Below the pieces are notes generated by a model. It made no database searches and was not told the origin of the DNA. It saw only the letters and a program-made list of their open reading frames with translations. Positions 37,880 through 51,200 of a stretch of 64,000 bases of DNA are shown piece after piece; within the stretch, counting starts at the first letter, position 1, and every line of letters starts with the position of its first letter. The position numbers and the translations under genes are program-made. The stretch comes from Takakia lepidozioides (lineage: Eukaryota > Plantae > Bryophyta), in assembly GCA_030704615.1 (NCBI GenBank), contig CM060734.1, forward strand, positions 37,572,001 through 37,636,000, given 5' to 3'.

Positions 37880-38100
37880 GGGGAGAGAGGGAAAATATTC
37901 ACGTCATGTCAAGACATGGACAAGACCCATAAGGGTCATTGTCAATTAAAACATAAACAGCCCTGGATAGGGCACTATCTCACATTTCCAGTCTTGTCAA
38001 ATCATCCTAAAAGACACCACCCAATCATCCAAGACAAAATAGGGTGGGAGGGCGGGGTTTGTTCTTGTGTGGGACAAGACAAGATATTGCTATCCCTGTG
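37880..38100 (+). repeat. ~220-bp dispersed repeat, copy 2
   Basis: Homologous to 9918-10142. Confidence 0.9.
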
Positions 38101-38657
38101 GGGAGTGAGAGGCGGTCGGTGCAGCCGCGGCACGCCAGTGTGGCGACCCCAGCGGCGATCAGGCGCCTTCGCGAAGGGGAGAGAGAAGGGCGGCCACCTT
38201 GGCAGGAGGAGGATCCGCTGCAACGTTGGGGAATCGCACGGGCGTCGCTGCCTCAGGGGGACATTGCACGGCAGTCGCAGATCTGGCGCAGAGGTGAGTT
38301 GAAGAGGCATCTCATTTTTTATTTTATTTTTTTGGTTTTTTGGATTATGGGGTTTTGCAAGGATCATTTGGGTTTATGGGTCTTTGGCTCCTAGGGTTTT
38401 AAGGGTTACATAGTTTAGTTTAGGGTTTAGTTTCATAGTTTAGTTTAGGGTTAGTTATAATATAGTTAGTTTAGGATTAGCTGCAATATAGTTTTATTTT
38501 TAGGGTTTTGTTTTTTTGTGGGTGGGGACATATGGCTTTACGTTTGTAGGGTTTTTTTTTTTCAAGTTTTTCCAAGGGTTGGGAGTGTAATTCCTCCGGA
38601 GGTTACAGTGGGTCACAATACGGTAGTCTACCTCTCTCTCGTGCTAGGTCATGCCGC

Positions 38658-40457
38658 GTGTTTATCGACGTGTCACGCTTGAGGATTCGTTGCCGACTGT
38701 GCCACAACCACCTGCTGAGGGCAAGACAGCACGTTCGCCTCGTCTACGAGTTAGGCGGCATCGCCATGTCTGCACAGCTTCGCTTCCACGGCCACCACCC
38801 CGAGGTCGTAGGCCGCCGAGTCCACAGGCACGAGCCCTGGGGAGACCCCGCCGGAACCGCCTCCCCAAGATTGAGTGTTGGTGCAGTTGGTGTTGGGCAC
38901 GACTACCGGTTGGGAGGACCACACCGATGATGCGGCGACCCCAGTTGTGCAAAAACATTACGCCAAGTATGAGATTGCTGATGCAGCAAAGGTAAGTCGT
39001 CCATATATCTTCTCACGTACTCCTCAATTAAAAATACTATATCTAATGAAACCTCGCGTTTGTGAATTGAGTATTGATGTATTTCATATCATGCATCTTG
39101 CAGCCCTGTCTTGATGTCCAAGCTCGCAATTTTTTTGTTGAAGAAGCATACCGATGCGGGTTTCTTCCTTCTTACGAGCCCCACCCCGTTCCGGATGTGA
39201 ACATTTTTTTCTCGCAACATGGCGTAGATGCAGTTTGTGAGGTAGCGGGGTACGATGCGTATTTTTCTATTTTTGGGCACCGGGCTAGGCGCTTGCCACC
39301 TACGCACACACATTCGTCATCCTCGACATCAGCACCCCCATCATCACCATCATCCGCATCATCCGTTCCTTCTATTGTAGATGGTCTTTCCTCATCACCA
39401 TTGCCATCCGAGGTCCCTCATACCGACCGGCTACGTGTCCCTTCCCCTCCATTGCCGAGACCACAGCCGCCACCGAGTCCGAGTTCGACATCCTCGACAT
39501 CGGCACCCCCATCATCACCATCATCCGCATCGTCCGTTCTTCCTATTGTACATGTTCTTTCCTCATCACCATCGCCATCCTGGCCATCTCGGCCAGTACT
39601 ACCTCCACGCGAGATCCCTCATACCAACCTACGTGTCCCTTCCCCTCCATTGCCGAGACCACAACCGCCATCGAGTCCGTATCCGGGTCCTCCGGCAGAA
39701 CCCGGATGGATCCTACCACCTTTGGGGACTGTGTATGACTGGGACCGATGGATCACTAGGTTCCCACTCCGGGAGAAGGACCCCCAAAGTGATGGACGGG
39801 CACCGCCCCTTAGGAGAAGTGGACCGAAGTTGTTTCGCACGGGTGTCCGCGCCTTCGCCGGCCTGATGACGGCACCATATGTCATCGTGGTGCTAGGGAG
39901 CTATTCACGATGGGAGTCCAACCCCATTTCTACCAATGTCTTGTGCTTTGTCCAGTTCCGATTCCCGAGGGTGAGCCCTTTCTTTTTTGGGGTCGCATGT
40001 ATTGCGTGATGGAGGCAATGGACCCTGGTATGGGTCGCGGACCTTTTTTGATGGAGGATGTAGTTTTGGGGGGAGGAGAGGATTTTGTGGATTTGTTCCC
40101 CTATTTTGGGTCGAGGTACACCCACCGGGAGTGGCAATTATTGCAAACAGACGGCCTTGGGTCCTTGATCCATCCTTACATCCTTGTTGTGAACGACAAT
40201 GATGTAAGGGCGAGAAATTTGGGCAGCAAAGCCCATATTTATTGTGACGGAAACCCCGATGTGTACGGCAATGTGGTTGGGCTCATCAACAGTTCAGTTA
40301 CCTTACCGCCGGGCCACACTGCCAACGTGTTTTGGGATGAACGCCATGATGGGGATAGTAGATTGGACCCTACATCACCACTTTTGTGATGACATGTGCA
40401 AGGAGGACTATTAGGGCTGGAGATGAGTTGTTTGCAGAGTATGACTTTAGGCGTTAG
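38658..40457 (+). pseudogene. CACTA-borne gene: Cys/His N-terminus, Pro/Ser-rich linker, C-terminal SET domain (frameshifted)
   Basis: IRCRLCHNH..HV; internally duplicated PSS-rich segment; PIPEGEPFLFWG ... YGNVVGLINSS...ANV, then in a shifted frame VMTCARRTIRAGDELFAEYDFRR* (SET NHS and ELxxxY motifs). Confidence 0.7.
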
Positions 40458-41759
40458 CCGACTTTCATCATGTGTAGATGGACGTAGGAAAACATTTTGT
40501 ACATTGAGGTGACTTCCTCCACCGTGTATATATATACATAGGCATTGATGTGTATTTGGATGTAGTTTTTCATGCTATATTCAAGGGAGTTTGGGTGGAC
40601 GTTATATGTGAATTTGGGTGAATTATATAGTGTCTCCTTCATGTGGTGAAGCAATGTATGTATCCCCCTCGTGTGTATAAATGTGTACTTTGGGTTTTAT
40701 GATAATGAAACAACGCCACGTATGGAAACTGATAATGACATGGTTGTTTTTGGCATCTTAGGATGCTGGCCACAACCCATGACGTTAATTCATGAAGTTC
40801 ATGACGTTAATTCATGAAGTTCATGATCTTGACATGAACCGGTATTTTGTTCATTCGGAGGGGGTGCGTATCAAAGGGTCCCGACCCCGTCTGAAATGGC
40901 GGTCTCCGATGATGAGGACAATGATGAGGACAACAATGACAATGGAATTATGCATGAGGATGTGGCAACAATGGAGGACCTCTTAATGCATCAGTTGGTA
41001 GATGAGGACACAGACTCTTTGAATGACATGGAAAAAGAAGCCAAAAGGATGTAAGCATGTTAGAGGTAGGCCAAAACTGGCGGATAATGGGTACTTGGGA
41101 GTAGTTTTGTGGCGTAGTGTAGTGGTGGTAGATGATAATATAAAAATAATGGCAAAACACAATCGTGCCATGAGTCCGAGTCCCGCATCCAACAGTCCAA
41201 GATTAAACAAAAAACAAGAAAATTAAAAAAAAAACGTAAATAAACCTGCCATCGAAAATAATATAGTTCAAAATTTCACCATTGTTTGGAGGTTTCAATT
41301 GCACGTAGCACTAGGTACCGTGGTTTGGAACACATCTTCTTCAGGAGTCACTCTTAAATAATAACATTCTTAGGTACTTAAATCGATGGCTTTTATAAAT
41401 TAGTAGTTGCGTATACAAAAATCATTAGACCTTTCATACATAGCAGGTACTCGACGGCTCTTTCTGAGACTATTTTGCAGGTATTCAAGCATGCATGAAA
41501 AAAGATTCATGCGTGCAATTGGTACTTTTTAGGGGTAATTTTGGCTTTTCATGTTCGAGGATGTAGCGAGCTACACCTACAACCTCCTCGCACAATACTT
41601 CACAAGTACCATCAAAACATACCCGTTTGCAGATTGGAAAAGTGTTATGTTTTCCTTACAACATCATCTTTCTTCCCATGTCATTTTCAAGGAAGTTCAA
41701 TGTAAGATCAGAATGCACTAGAGTACTTTGAAGACCACAGTCTGTCAAAATCCATTTGT

Positions 41760-44010
41760 GACAGTATTTTTGGCCAACCTCTAACATGCTTTCACCCAAA
41801 ACTCCCTTATACGAAGGGGCCAAAGTGAGTAGACTTTCAACCATCTTGTTGTTGCTGAATTTGTAAATCCGGTTTGGCATAAGTAATGTGGATATGTCCG
41901 CCATAATGCGGACTATTGCGGACTACATCCTTGCCCCACATTTGAAGCCGAGAATGCCACGATCAAGAAAAGAGGCAAGAGCAACCTTGGATGCTGTGGG
42001 GATGGGCTATAAGATTTTTCATGCATGTCCATGTGATAAAACCCTGTACTACGGAGAGGATGCGAAACTCACCAAGTGTCCAAAGTGCAACAAAGACCGA
42101 TATCGGGATGATATTTAAGGGAAGAAAGCCCCGCGCAAGGTATACCCGCGCCACAATACACTTGCATATTGCATTCTACCTTTTTGCATCCACTACAAGA
42201 TGTAAGGTTTTACTTAGAGATATGAATGACACTGATTATGATATGGGGCCGACATGGGGATGGTGCCAGAAAATGCACTACTTTCCAATCATCCCGCGAC
42301 TGCAAGCACACTACCGAAGCCCCTCATTGGCACAACTGATGAGATGGCACGCCTCGCATCGGAGCCCCTCGAGAAAGGTGTGCGGGCCACAAGATTCACA
42401 AGCATGGAGGCACACTGAAGAGATGTGGCCTTTTCTCTTGGAGGACCCACGACATGTCCGCCTCGGCTGCTCCTCGGATGGGGTCAACCCATACTCTGTC
42501 CAGTCATGTAGTCACTTGGCCGGTGACCATGGTGAATTACAACATCCCTCCGTATCTTTCAATAAAAAAAGGCCATATCATGTTGGCTGCCATTGTACCG
42601 GGTGAGTGTTCCCAATTCATGCTTATTATTTATTTGGATTTTACATTAATCTTCTTCTCTTTGGCGCAATTCCAATGGAAGATTGATGAGTGACGTAATC
42701 ATGTAGTAAGATGTGTCATTCATTATGAAGTATAATTAGCATGGTAGAGCATTGAAACAATTAATGGTGTGAATGTCTCATACATGGACACGTACTTGCG
42801 TCTTCTGCACCGTAGTGGGGTAGATGCACATGGAAACATTTTGTCTTTCCTAATGTGGCGGAATGTCTACAGGACTTATTGTTTGCTCGGGGTTGAGCAC
42901 TAAAGGCTATCACGCATGCCTACATTGTGGCGATGAACTTGATGCACAAAGCTCCAGCAATCTTCGCAAGATGGTGTATCCTGACTACCGCAAGTTTCTT
43001 CCTATGAGCCATCATTGGAGAAGAAGAGACAAACACTTGTTTGATGACAAAGTGGAGTTACGTCCTCCACCTGTGACACCATTCAGGCACTTTTGGGAAG
43101 ACCGATGGAAGGAGGCCTATCCGGAGAGGTCCTGTGAAGTGGAGGTGTCCGGCATGAAGCGGCTTTCAATCTTCTACGAGTTGTCATATTGGGCGGTACA
43201 TATTCCACAAAAACACCATCAATATTGCTATGCATGTATGGGACCTGAAGATTCGTCATCTTCTAGATCCCATGCATATTGAGAAGAATGTTTGCTCGTC
43301 CCTTTTCGTGTTCTTCATGGCACGCCGACAAAGAAGGGAGTGGCTGCAAAATGAGTTTCTCTCGATGTTAGAAGGAACTTGAGGAGCAGGGTCGCATGTC
43401 CCATCTATGGGCCGAAGAAAATGGTGTGGACCCAAAGGGTGTTGTACGGTGGAAGTATAGGCGTGCACCTTGACAATGGACAAAGGAGGAATACAAGAAA
43501 GTGATAGCCACCATAGGAGTTGTCTGAACACCAACTGGTTATGGGTCATCCCTCCGTATGAAGTTCGACGAAGATGGGGTCCATGGTTTGAAGTCTCATG
43601 ACTACCACAATCTATTGCAAGACATCTTGCCCATTGCAGTAGGTGGGACATTGACTCCCGAGGTTCGCGAGACAGTCTATAGATTGGGAGCATTGTTCCG
43701 GTGGATTTGCTCCAAAGAGCTGGAGGAAGCGGACTTTTCACGCATGAAGAAGGAGGCGGCGGTGGTCATGTGTCTGTTGGAGATGCACCTTCCTTCCTCC
43801 TTCTTTGACATCCAAGTGCACTTGGTAGTGCACTTAGTGGAAGAGGCTTCGATTTCCGGCCCCGTTCATTCTCGGTGGATGTACTACCTTGAGCGATATA
43901 TGAAGACTTTGAAAGCACATGTAAGACAAATGGCACACCCGGAGGGTAGCATGGCGGAGGGGTATACATTGCAAGAGGCTATGTTCTACTGCGTGGAGTA
44001 CTTGACAATT
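41760..44010 (+). pseudogene. CACTA/EnSpm TnpD-like transposase (Transposase_21 + DUF4218), degenerate
   Basis: HACPCDK..Y..KCPKC...RY, YFPIIPRLQ, LMRWH, RHVRLG.SSDGVNPY, WPV...YNIPP, SGLSTKGYHAC, DPMHIEKNV, GLKSHDYH, FFDIQVHL, GPVHSRWMY..ER, PEGSMAEGY. Confidence 0.95.
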
Positions 44011-44689
44011 GCTCAATTATGTTGGCTGTTTCAAATGCCTCCCCTACTGTATTATGGGGTAGCATATCCACTTTCTTTTGTAATTCAGGTCTTAGTCCAC
44101 TCATAGACTAAGTCTTCTGTAATCGTGGTTCTGGTACAACAGCCAACTTTTTCATCATTAACTCCATTTTCTCCATATATTCTTCAACAGTTTCATGCTT
44201 CTTTTGCCTCAACTGTTGTAGACTCCCATACACTTCATCCTCAGTTTTGCTTGTCCTGAACCTGTTTCGGAATGTTGTACTAAGACCATTCCAAGTTAGG
44301 AAATGATTATTAGGAAACCTTGCATATCATTCACTTGCTTTCTTGATAAGTGAACAAGGAAACAGTCTCAATTTGGCATCATCGCCATTTTCATTGTTCA
44401 CTGTACACATGTGCTCAAATTGGCTGATGTGTACATCAGGATCCCCTTTTCCTGCATATATTGGAAAATGTGGCCCATGTTGGAGGTACCACCATCTGTG
44501 GCCCTACACCCTGCTCTCTGACAGGTGTTGGTCTTCCTGTAGGTGTTGGTCCTTGAGGATCTGCTATTGTAGTGATGGAACTCCCACCAGGTGTTGGCCC
44601 CTGAGCACTCCCTGTTACTGGCCCCCCTGTACTTGTAGTACCCTCAGCTCTAGTTGCACTACTTACCATTTCTGCCTTCAACCCAAACC

Positions 44690-45725
44690 CTAAACCCTCA
44701 TCGGAAACCCTAAACAAAACCCTACACCATTGTTACGTCTAAACCCTTATCCTTCCTTTGCAAATGGGAATGAAGTATCCATACCATAATCATATGTATC
44801 TTAATACCAGGTTCCAAGGACGAATCCTCAATCTAAATACTTCTCCGGCCCAATGACTCTTCCATAATATTTGTTTCTCTATTTTTATTTTTATTTTTTA
44901 TCCTACTAACACACACGAGTGTGAGTCTTCCATATTTGTTTGTCCATTTGTACCTTAAACCCAAACCGAAAACCCTACCTTTACCATCACCCCTAAACCA
45001 TTAATCTTACCATAAACCAATAACTTTAATGTACTACCTTAGTTACACTCCAAACCTTATTGTACTACCATGTTACCTCTTCTCAATGTTTCATGCTCTT
45101 TTAATATTTTCTTTTGTTGGATAAGGTATGATATAATGATTACAGGGATATCAAATTCCTCAACCATTTCTTAATTCTACCGAGTGTGAGTCCATCATAT
45201 TTGTTTGTCTTTTTGTACCCTAAATCCAAACCCTAAACCCTTACCCTTACTGTAAACCCAAACCTTATTGCACTTCTCTCTAGTTACACCCCAAACTTTA
45301 TAGTACTACCCTAATACCTCTTCCGAATGTTTCATGCTATTCTAATATTTTACTGCCCTTGTCACATCCAAAACATGATTCATTCCAATGGCGTGGTATG
45401 TGAACATTGTGCTTGATATGAAGATTCAATCGATAAAATTATTAGCAAGTTGTATTGAGTATGGTAGAGTAGAAGTCTAGCCCATGTTCGATGCGACCCA
45501 TTTGTTTATCGCGATCCTGCAATGGAATATTACATTATTCGACTTCCAAGTGGACGTTCAATGAATTGTTCAATACTGCTACTTCACATTGAGCACTTCA
45601 ATGTCAAATGGACCTTTTATATGACACATTTTGAAACAAGTATGACATCACCTATAATTTCACAATGTTCAATCACACATTACACCATGATATTATTAAT
45701 ATTTCAATTAATTTTAATTCAAATT
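44690..45725. repeat. Right subterminal region, inverted homologue of the left one
   Basis: CATATTTGTTTGTCCATTT (about 44931, variant at about 45197) closely matches the reverse complement of the left AAATGGACAAACAATTATG; CCCTAAA motifs; 45660-45720 resembles the reverse complement of 23950-24015. Confidence 0.7.
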
Positions 45726-45870
45726 GTGTTGAGGGCATGATCTGTTGAAAGGCAATGTCATTAACCATGTTAATGAAGTCCTCAGAAATAATAATCCATA
45801 AGGCCTTATACTGTTAGAAGGCCATCCAAGCCGGGGGGCTTTAAAATCTTGAAGTGCCAGAAGGTGAGGG
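45725..45870 (-). pseudogene. Continuation (more N-terminal RT segment) of the LINE broken at 23432
   Basis: Minus strand reads, with frameshifts, KAPGLDGL..YKALW.YISEDFINMVND, the RT domain-0 motif. Confidence 0.7.
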
Positions 45871-45871
45871 C

Positions 45872-46156
45872 TAGTGTTTTTAAATCTGGCGAAAAATCAC
45901 CAGATTTTGACCTGGAAAATGGGTCGGCTACTTTTATAAAGGAATTATGGGAGTAAAAATAAAAAAACTCGCCAAAAAGCGCCAACGGTTAAATATCAGG
46001 AGCCAGAATTTTCCTACATGGACCTGTTGAAATGTGACACCTGTTATATAGCCTCTTTTCTAACCCTGCCACCTCGTTATTCTCACCACATAGGCACAGG
46101 GTAGAATTTACATGTAGCCTTTGTCGCGAATTTGGAAAAGTGAAAAAAAAACACTG
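45872..46156. mobile_element. MITE-like element with YAGTGTTTTT...AAAAACACTG termini
   Basis: TAGTGTTTTT at 45872 and AAAAACACTG ending at 46156; related to 1739-1827; no clear TSD. Confidence 0.5.
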
Positions 46157-47109
46157 GGCCCTCTCTCACAGCCTCCCCTTGCATAAAGAAAGTACCGTGA
46201 GATGGGACCAGTGCATGAAGTTCTTACCTCATTCCTGGTGTCCTCCAGGGTTTAGAAGGTTACCCTGCACACTCTCCCCTCGCCCTTGTGCTTACTGCTC
46301 TTTGGGTGACACGGCTCTCCCGGCTCGGCCTTGCCATGTACATCCAGTATTTCCCCTCCATGGAATACCAAATGACCACTTCCATTTCCAATAAACTTTG
46401 CCTCATTTTCAATGAACTTTGCTTCATTTCCAGTCAACTTTGTCTCACAGTTTGATTGTTAAATCATGCATCACTAAGCCGAATCTCGTTAAATCGTGCT
46501 CCATTAGTGAGCCACTGTTTATTGGAGTTTATTGGAAATGGAAGTGGTCGTTTGGTGTTCCATATGGAAAACCACAGGATGGAGAGGTCATGAGCACATT
46601 TGTGACATTGTAAAAAACAGAAACCTCCGGAAATCCTGGAGAGGTTTCAATTCAGATCCTCATTGCACAACAATCATGGGAGCATCTAGTGTCAATTTAG
46701 AATGGAGATGTGAAAGACCTCAGCTTAAGTCATCCAGCGTTCTTTGGTGATTAATAAGACCAGTCCACCTTGAAGTGTTCTCATGGTCTGGTCTGCCAAC
46801 CTTGGGCATTTGACACTTTGTTAGAAGGTTGTTGGTTCACCCATACTACTACAGTGTGCATCAGAGTGGCATGGACCAAGTGGGGTAGGAGGGTAAGCTC
46901 CGATTGGTGTATTGATCATCGTTTTACAAATGGTTGCACCCTGACAGAGGGTGGGTGTCCATAATGATCAATAACTACACAGGTTGTTTACTGGCTACAA
47001 TTGACAGTAGATGCTCCGGCGCTGCACTTCAACATGCTTTGGTGCAAAATTTTCAACCCCATGACTCTTGGGGTTTCTTCATGCCCACTGGTATGTGTTG
47101 ACTGCTCCT

Positions 47110-48140
47110 CTGGTATAAGGTCTGTGCATCCATGTTCTTCCCATCCAGACCCCTCCATTGCCTCCCTGTAAAATTGAACCAACCCACCATCTTCAGCAAC
47201 ATCAAAAGACAGCCATAGTGCTTGAGTGATTACTCACATTTGATGCCACAAATGCACGATGCCAGCATATTCTCAGTAGTTCACAAGGGAGAAAAGGAGG
47301 GAGGTGTGAGAGAGACCGTTGAAGGGGGTCCTTCGAAGGACCCATGCACCTATATACACAACCTAGAGCAACGGAGGTTCAGTGGGTAGAAGAGTCAACT
47401 AGCAGCTGCAGATGGTTTCACCTTTGGGGTGATAAGCCCTCATCCTTGCTTCCTCCCCCTCAAAAACACCCAGTGGCAGTCATCCTTGAGATGGATTGCG
47501 CATGGCTTCAAACACAGAACTGCTGGATCTAAACTCTGGACAGCCATTTGGCAGGCATGGAACATCTTAAGACCCTTTCTACGTAAATCAGAACCTAGAA
47601 CCTATCGTGAAGTACTCAGACAGCACTTGTTCCTCAACAATAACCAACCCTCTAGGGAACAAAAGTCGCACGCAAGGAGGTGGTCTGCTTGGGATGTCTG
47701 TGGTATCTCTCAGATCAGAGATCTTTGGGTCAACAACACTCTTGTTTCCCAAGATGTTGTCTCTGATAAGGTGGGTAAGCGGCTGGCCCTACAGGAGACC
47801 ATGTCTGTAGGTAGCAGGATATATAAAAAACTGAGAATCAGAAAAAGCAGACATGTTGAAGCTGTACCAAACTCTACCAAACAAACAATACAGCTCACTC
47901 TACATTCGGAGTATAGAATATGTCACAACTATGACTGGTCAGTGAAGCTTACCTGCTCCCGTTCCACAGCCGGGTCACACTGTTGTACTGGTATGGTTTT
48001 CCATTTCAGCCCACCCCAAAACAACCTGATAATGCAGTATTGCGTGGTCTAATGTGACAGCAACATGAGCGTCTAGTAGATGGCCAGTCTTCCCAGTTAA
48101 ACTGCTGCAAAGCTACCTGCTTGAATCATGCAGGTGGAGT
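47110..48140 (-). pseudogene. Decayed duplicate of two exons and intron of the beta-propeller gene, interrupted by a LINE fragment
   Basis: 47110-47240 GGLVQFYREAMEGSGWEEHGC versus GGLVEFYWEAMEGWGWREHGC (53920-54050); 47950-48140 resembles 54495-54730; intron motif ACATGTTGAAGCTG shared. Confidence 0.8.
47340..47790 (+). mobile_element. LINE ORF2 C-terminal fragment
   Basis: SLRWI...GSKLWTAIWQAWNILRPFL....P....EVLRQHLFLN...GISQIRDLW, typical of plant L1 post-RT region. Confidence 0.55.
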
Positions 48141-48234
48141 TTTGACTTGAACATGCAAGATTGGGCCTAATATAGATACCCCTCTGAAACCGTGTTCGAA
48201 ACAATGGGCCTTCTTTCAGGCATGTTGCTTCCTC

Positions 48235-51200
48235 TCACCAGTAATCCCCACAAGAACAGACCCCATCTTTGAAGTGGTGAAAGCGATTGGCATCCCTCAC
48301 AACAACTGGTCGCTCAACAATCTTTGAGATGAGCTTGGTTACAGTGTGGCAGTCACCACACACCCGAAGGTTTTTGATGATACGGATAGGCGTCCCAGGG
48401 GGTGTGCTGATAAGCCCAAAGGCAATGGCTAGCTTCTCACTGTGGTAGCTAAGAGAAAATTCCTTACGCTCCTCCTCAGCATCGTGCAATACAAAGCTCG
48501 TGTCAGGCATGTAACCAGCCTCCTTCATTTGCCCAGACAATCTCTTCAGCTCAGCATGGATTTCCTCAATTTGGGGATGCAATTTGTCCTCTACAACAAA
48601 TGTATGGACGTGGTTGTCCACCTCAATGCAGCTGCGCCCTGGCTCCTTCCTGATCCCTCTGTCCTGCATCATTTTCCTCACCTTCGCTGTATCCTCCCAC
48701 CTGCCGGCAGCGGCATAGATGTTTGATAGCAACACATATATCGCAGGATCCTGTGGATCCAATTCGAGAAGGAACTTCACTGCACGTTCTGCTATCCCTA
48801 CATTGCCATGAATTCTGCAGGCACCAAGCAAGGACCCCCACACAGAAGCAACTGGTTTGACAGGCATTCTGTTAATGAAGTCCTCTGCCTCATCCAACTG
48901 CCCAGCACGACCGAGGAGGTCCACCATGCAGGCAAAATGCTCCACGACAGGTGTGAGGTCATGATCTCGACTCATGTAATCGAAGTAGTGACTGCCTTCA
49001 TCAACTAGGCCCACATGGCTACAAGCAGAAAGAACACTTACAAAGGTGATACAGTTTGGCTTCAAACCTTCTTGTTGCATTTGTTCAAAAAGCTGGAGGG
49101 CCTCCCTACTACGTCCATGCTGACCATATCCTGCGATCATCGCACTCCATGAAACAACATCTTGTTCAGCCATATTATTGAACACTTGACGCGCATCCTT
49201 CAAGTCCCCGCATTTGGCATACATGTCAACAAGGGCAGTCTGCAGTATGACATCTTGCACAATTCCAGCTTTGATGATGTCAGCATGTACTTCTTTGCCC
49301 TTCTCCAGGGCTGCCAGAGTGGCACACACGTTCAGAATAGAAATGAAGGTGACTTTATTGGGCATCACCCGTGTCTGCATCATATGCTCATACATCTTAA
49401 AAGCCTCCCTAGCACACCCATGCTGAGAATATCCACCGATGATCGCGCTCCATGATACCACGTCCGGCTTCAAGCCTTCCTGTTGCATTTGTTCAAATAG
49501 CTGGAGGGCATCCCTACCGCACCCATGCTGAGCATAGCCTGCTATCATTGCATTCCACGTGACCAAATTTCGCTCAGCCATATTGTTGAACACTTCATGG
49601 GCTTCCTTCATGTCCCCGCATTTCGCATACATGTCGACGAGGGCAGTTTCCAGAATCATGTCTGGTGCAATTCCAACTTTAATGAGGCCGGCATGGACCT
49701 CTTTGCCTTTTTCCAGGACTGCTAGGCTGGCACATGCATTGACAACACCAATGAAAGTGACATTGTCTGGCGTCACCCCTTCTTGTATCATCTGCTTATA
49801 GATATCAAAAGCCTCCCTACCACACCCATGCTGTGCATATCCTGTGATCATGGTGCTCCATGATACTACATCTCGTGTAGCCATCTTGTCAAACAGACGA
49901 CGCGCATCCTTCATGCTTCCACATTTGGCATACATATCCACCAAGGTATTCTCCAAAATGATATTTGGCGCAATTCCTGCTTTGATGATATCAGCATGGA
50001 CCTGTTTTCCCTTTTCTAGAGCTGTAAGGCCGGCAAAAGCCTTGAGAACACAAATGAACGTGACCCTGTCAGGCATCACCCCTTCGTGTATCATATGCTC
50101 ATACATTTCAAAGGCCTCCCTACCACACCCATGTTGAGCATATCCTGTGATCATTGCACTCCATGACACCACATTTCGTTGAGCCATATTGTCAAACACT
50201 TGACGTGCATCCTTCATGCTCCCACATTTGGCATACATGTCCGTAAGAGCAGTCTCCATTATGATGTCTGGTGCAATTCCACATTTGCTGATATCAGTAT
50301 GGACCTCTATACCTTTTCCGAGGTCTGCCAGGCTGGCACAGGCCTTGAGAGCACACGTGAACGTGACCATGTTGGGCATCACCCCTTCCTGTTTCATTTG
50401 CGTATAGATATCATAAGCCCCCTGACAACACCCATGCTTCACATATCCTGCCATCATTGTGGTCCACGTAAACACATCTCGTTCAGGCATTTTCTCAAAT
50501 ACTTGGCGTGCATCCACCAGGCTCCCACACTTGGCATACATGTTAACAAGGGCGTTGAGCAGAAAGATATTTAACTTGAATCCACTTTGGACAATGTGGG
50601 CATGTACCTGCTTTCCCTCTGCTAGGCCTTGGATGTTGATGCATTCCCGCAAGAGACACTCATAAGTATCAGAGTCTGCCGAAATGCCTCGTTCCTCCAA
50701 AATGTGCAGGGCCTCTTTCAGTCGTCCTGTCATACATAGCTTCCTCACATCACCATACTGCGCTTGACCTTGGATCATGGCAGCTAACTCTGTTTTCACC
50801 CAAGGAGGGGTTGATAAAGCTTCAATCCAAAGACCCTCGCTTGAACGCTTATGTCTGAAGTCTGGCGATTTTGGACTCTTCTGTGAAAACCATCAATGCG
50901 CGACTGAGCAGCCATAGCTTAAACCACGACCTCATACAGATCAGGTAACAACCACCGAGCTTCGACAAGAAGTGGGCTTTTACTCAGGACATTCAGTTAA
51001 AAAGGAAAACACTCATCAGTGTAAGCAATTGGAGATGCAAATGAGTGCACAAAACATCAACATGCCAGCTTCAATTACAAGCTCTCCCAGATTCATTCAG
51101 AAAGTTAGCCTCACCTTATCAAGCCTGTTGTCCCACCACTGTGAAGAATCTGAGAAGAACTCCCGCCAGACCTGATCTTTGCTCATTGTTTGACCTGCAA

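Larger units (their letters stand above)
23433..45725 (+). mobile_element. ~22-kb composite CACTA (EnSpm) block; right terminus deleted
   Basis: Starts CACTACAGCAAAT at 23433 inside a LINE RT, and the LINE RT resumes at about 45725. Inverted homology between 23880-25270 and 44690-45725. CACTA transposase inside. Confidence 0.7.

Noticed and set aside
45872-45876. TAGTG as the right CACTA terminus of the 22-kb element
   Set aside because: LINE sequence lies between it and the subterminal arm, no AGA TSD follows, and it matches the start of a separate MITE.
48442-50665. Plus-strand ORFs overlapping the PPR gene
   Set aside because: Antisense shadows of a repetitive coding sequence.
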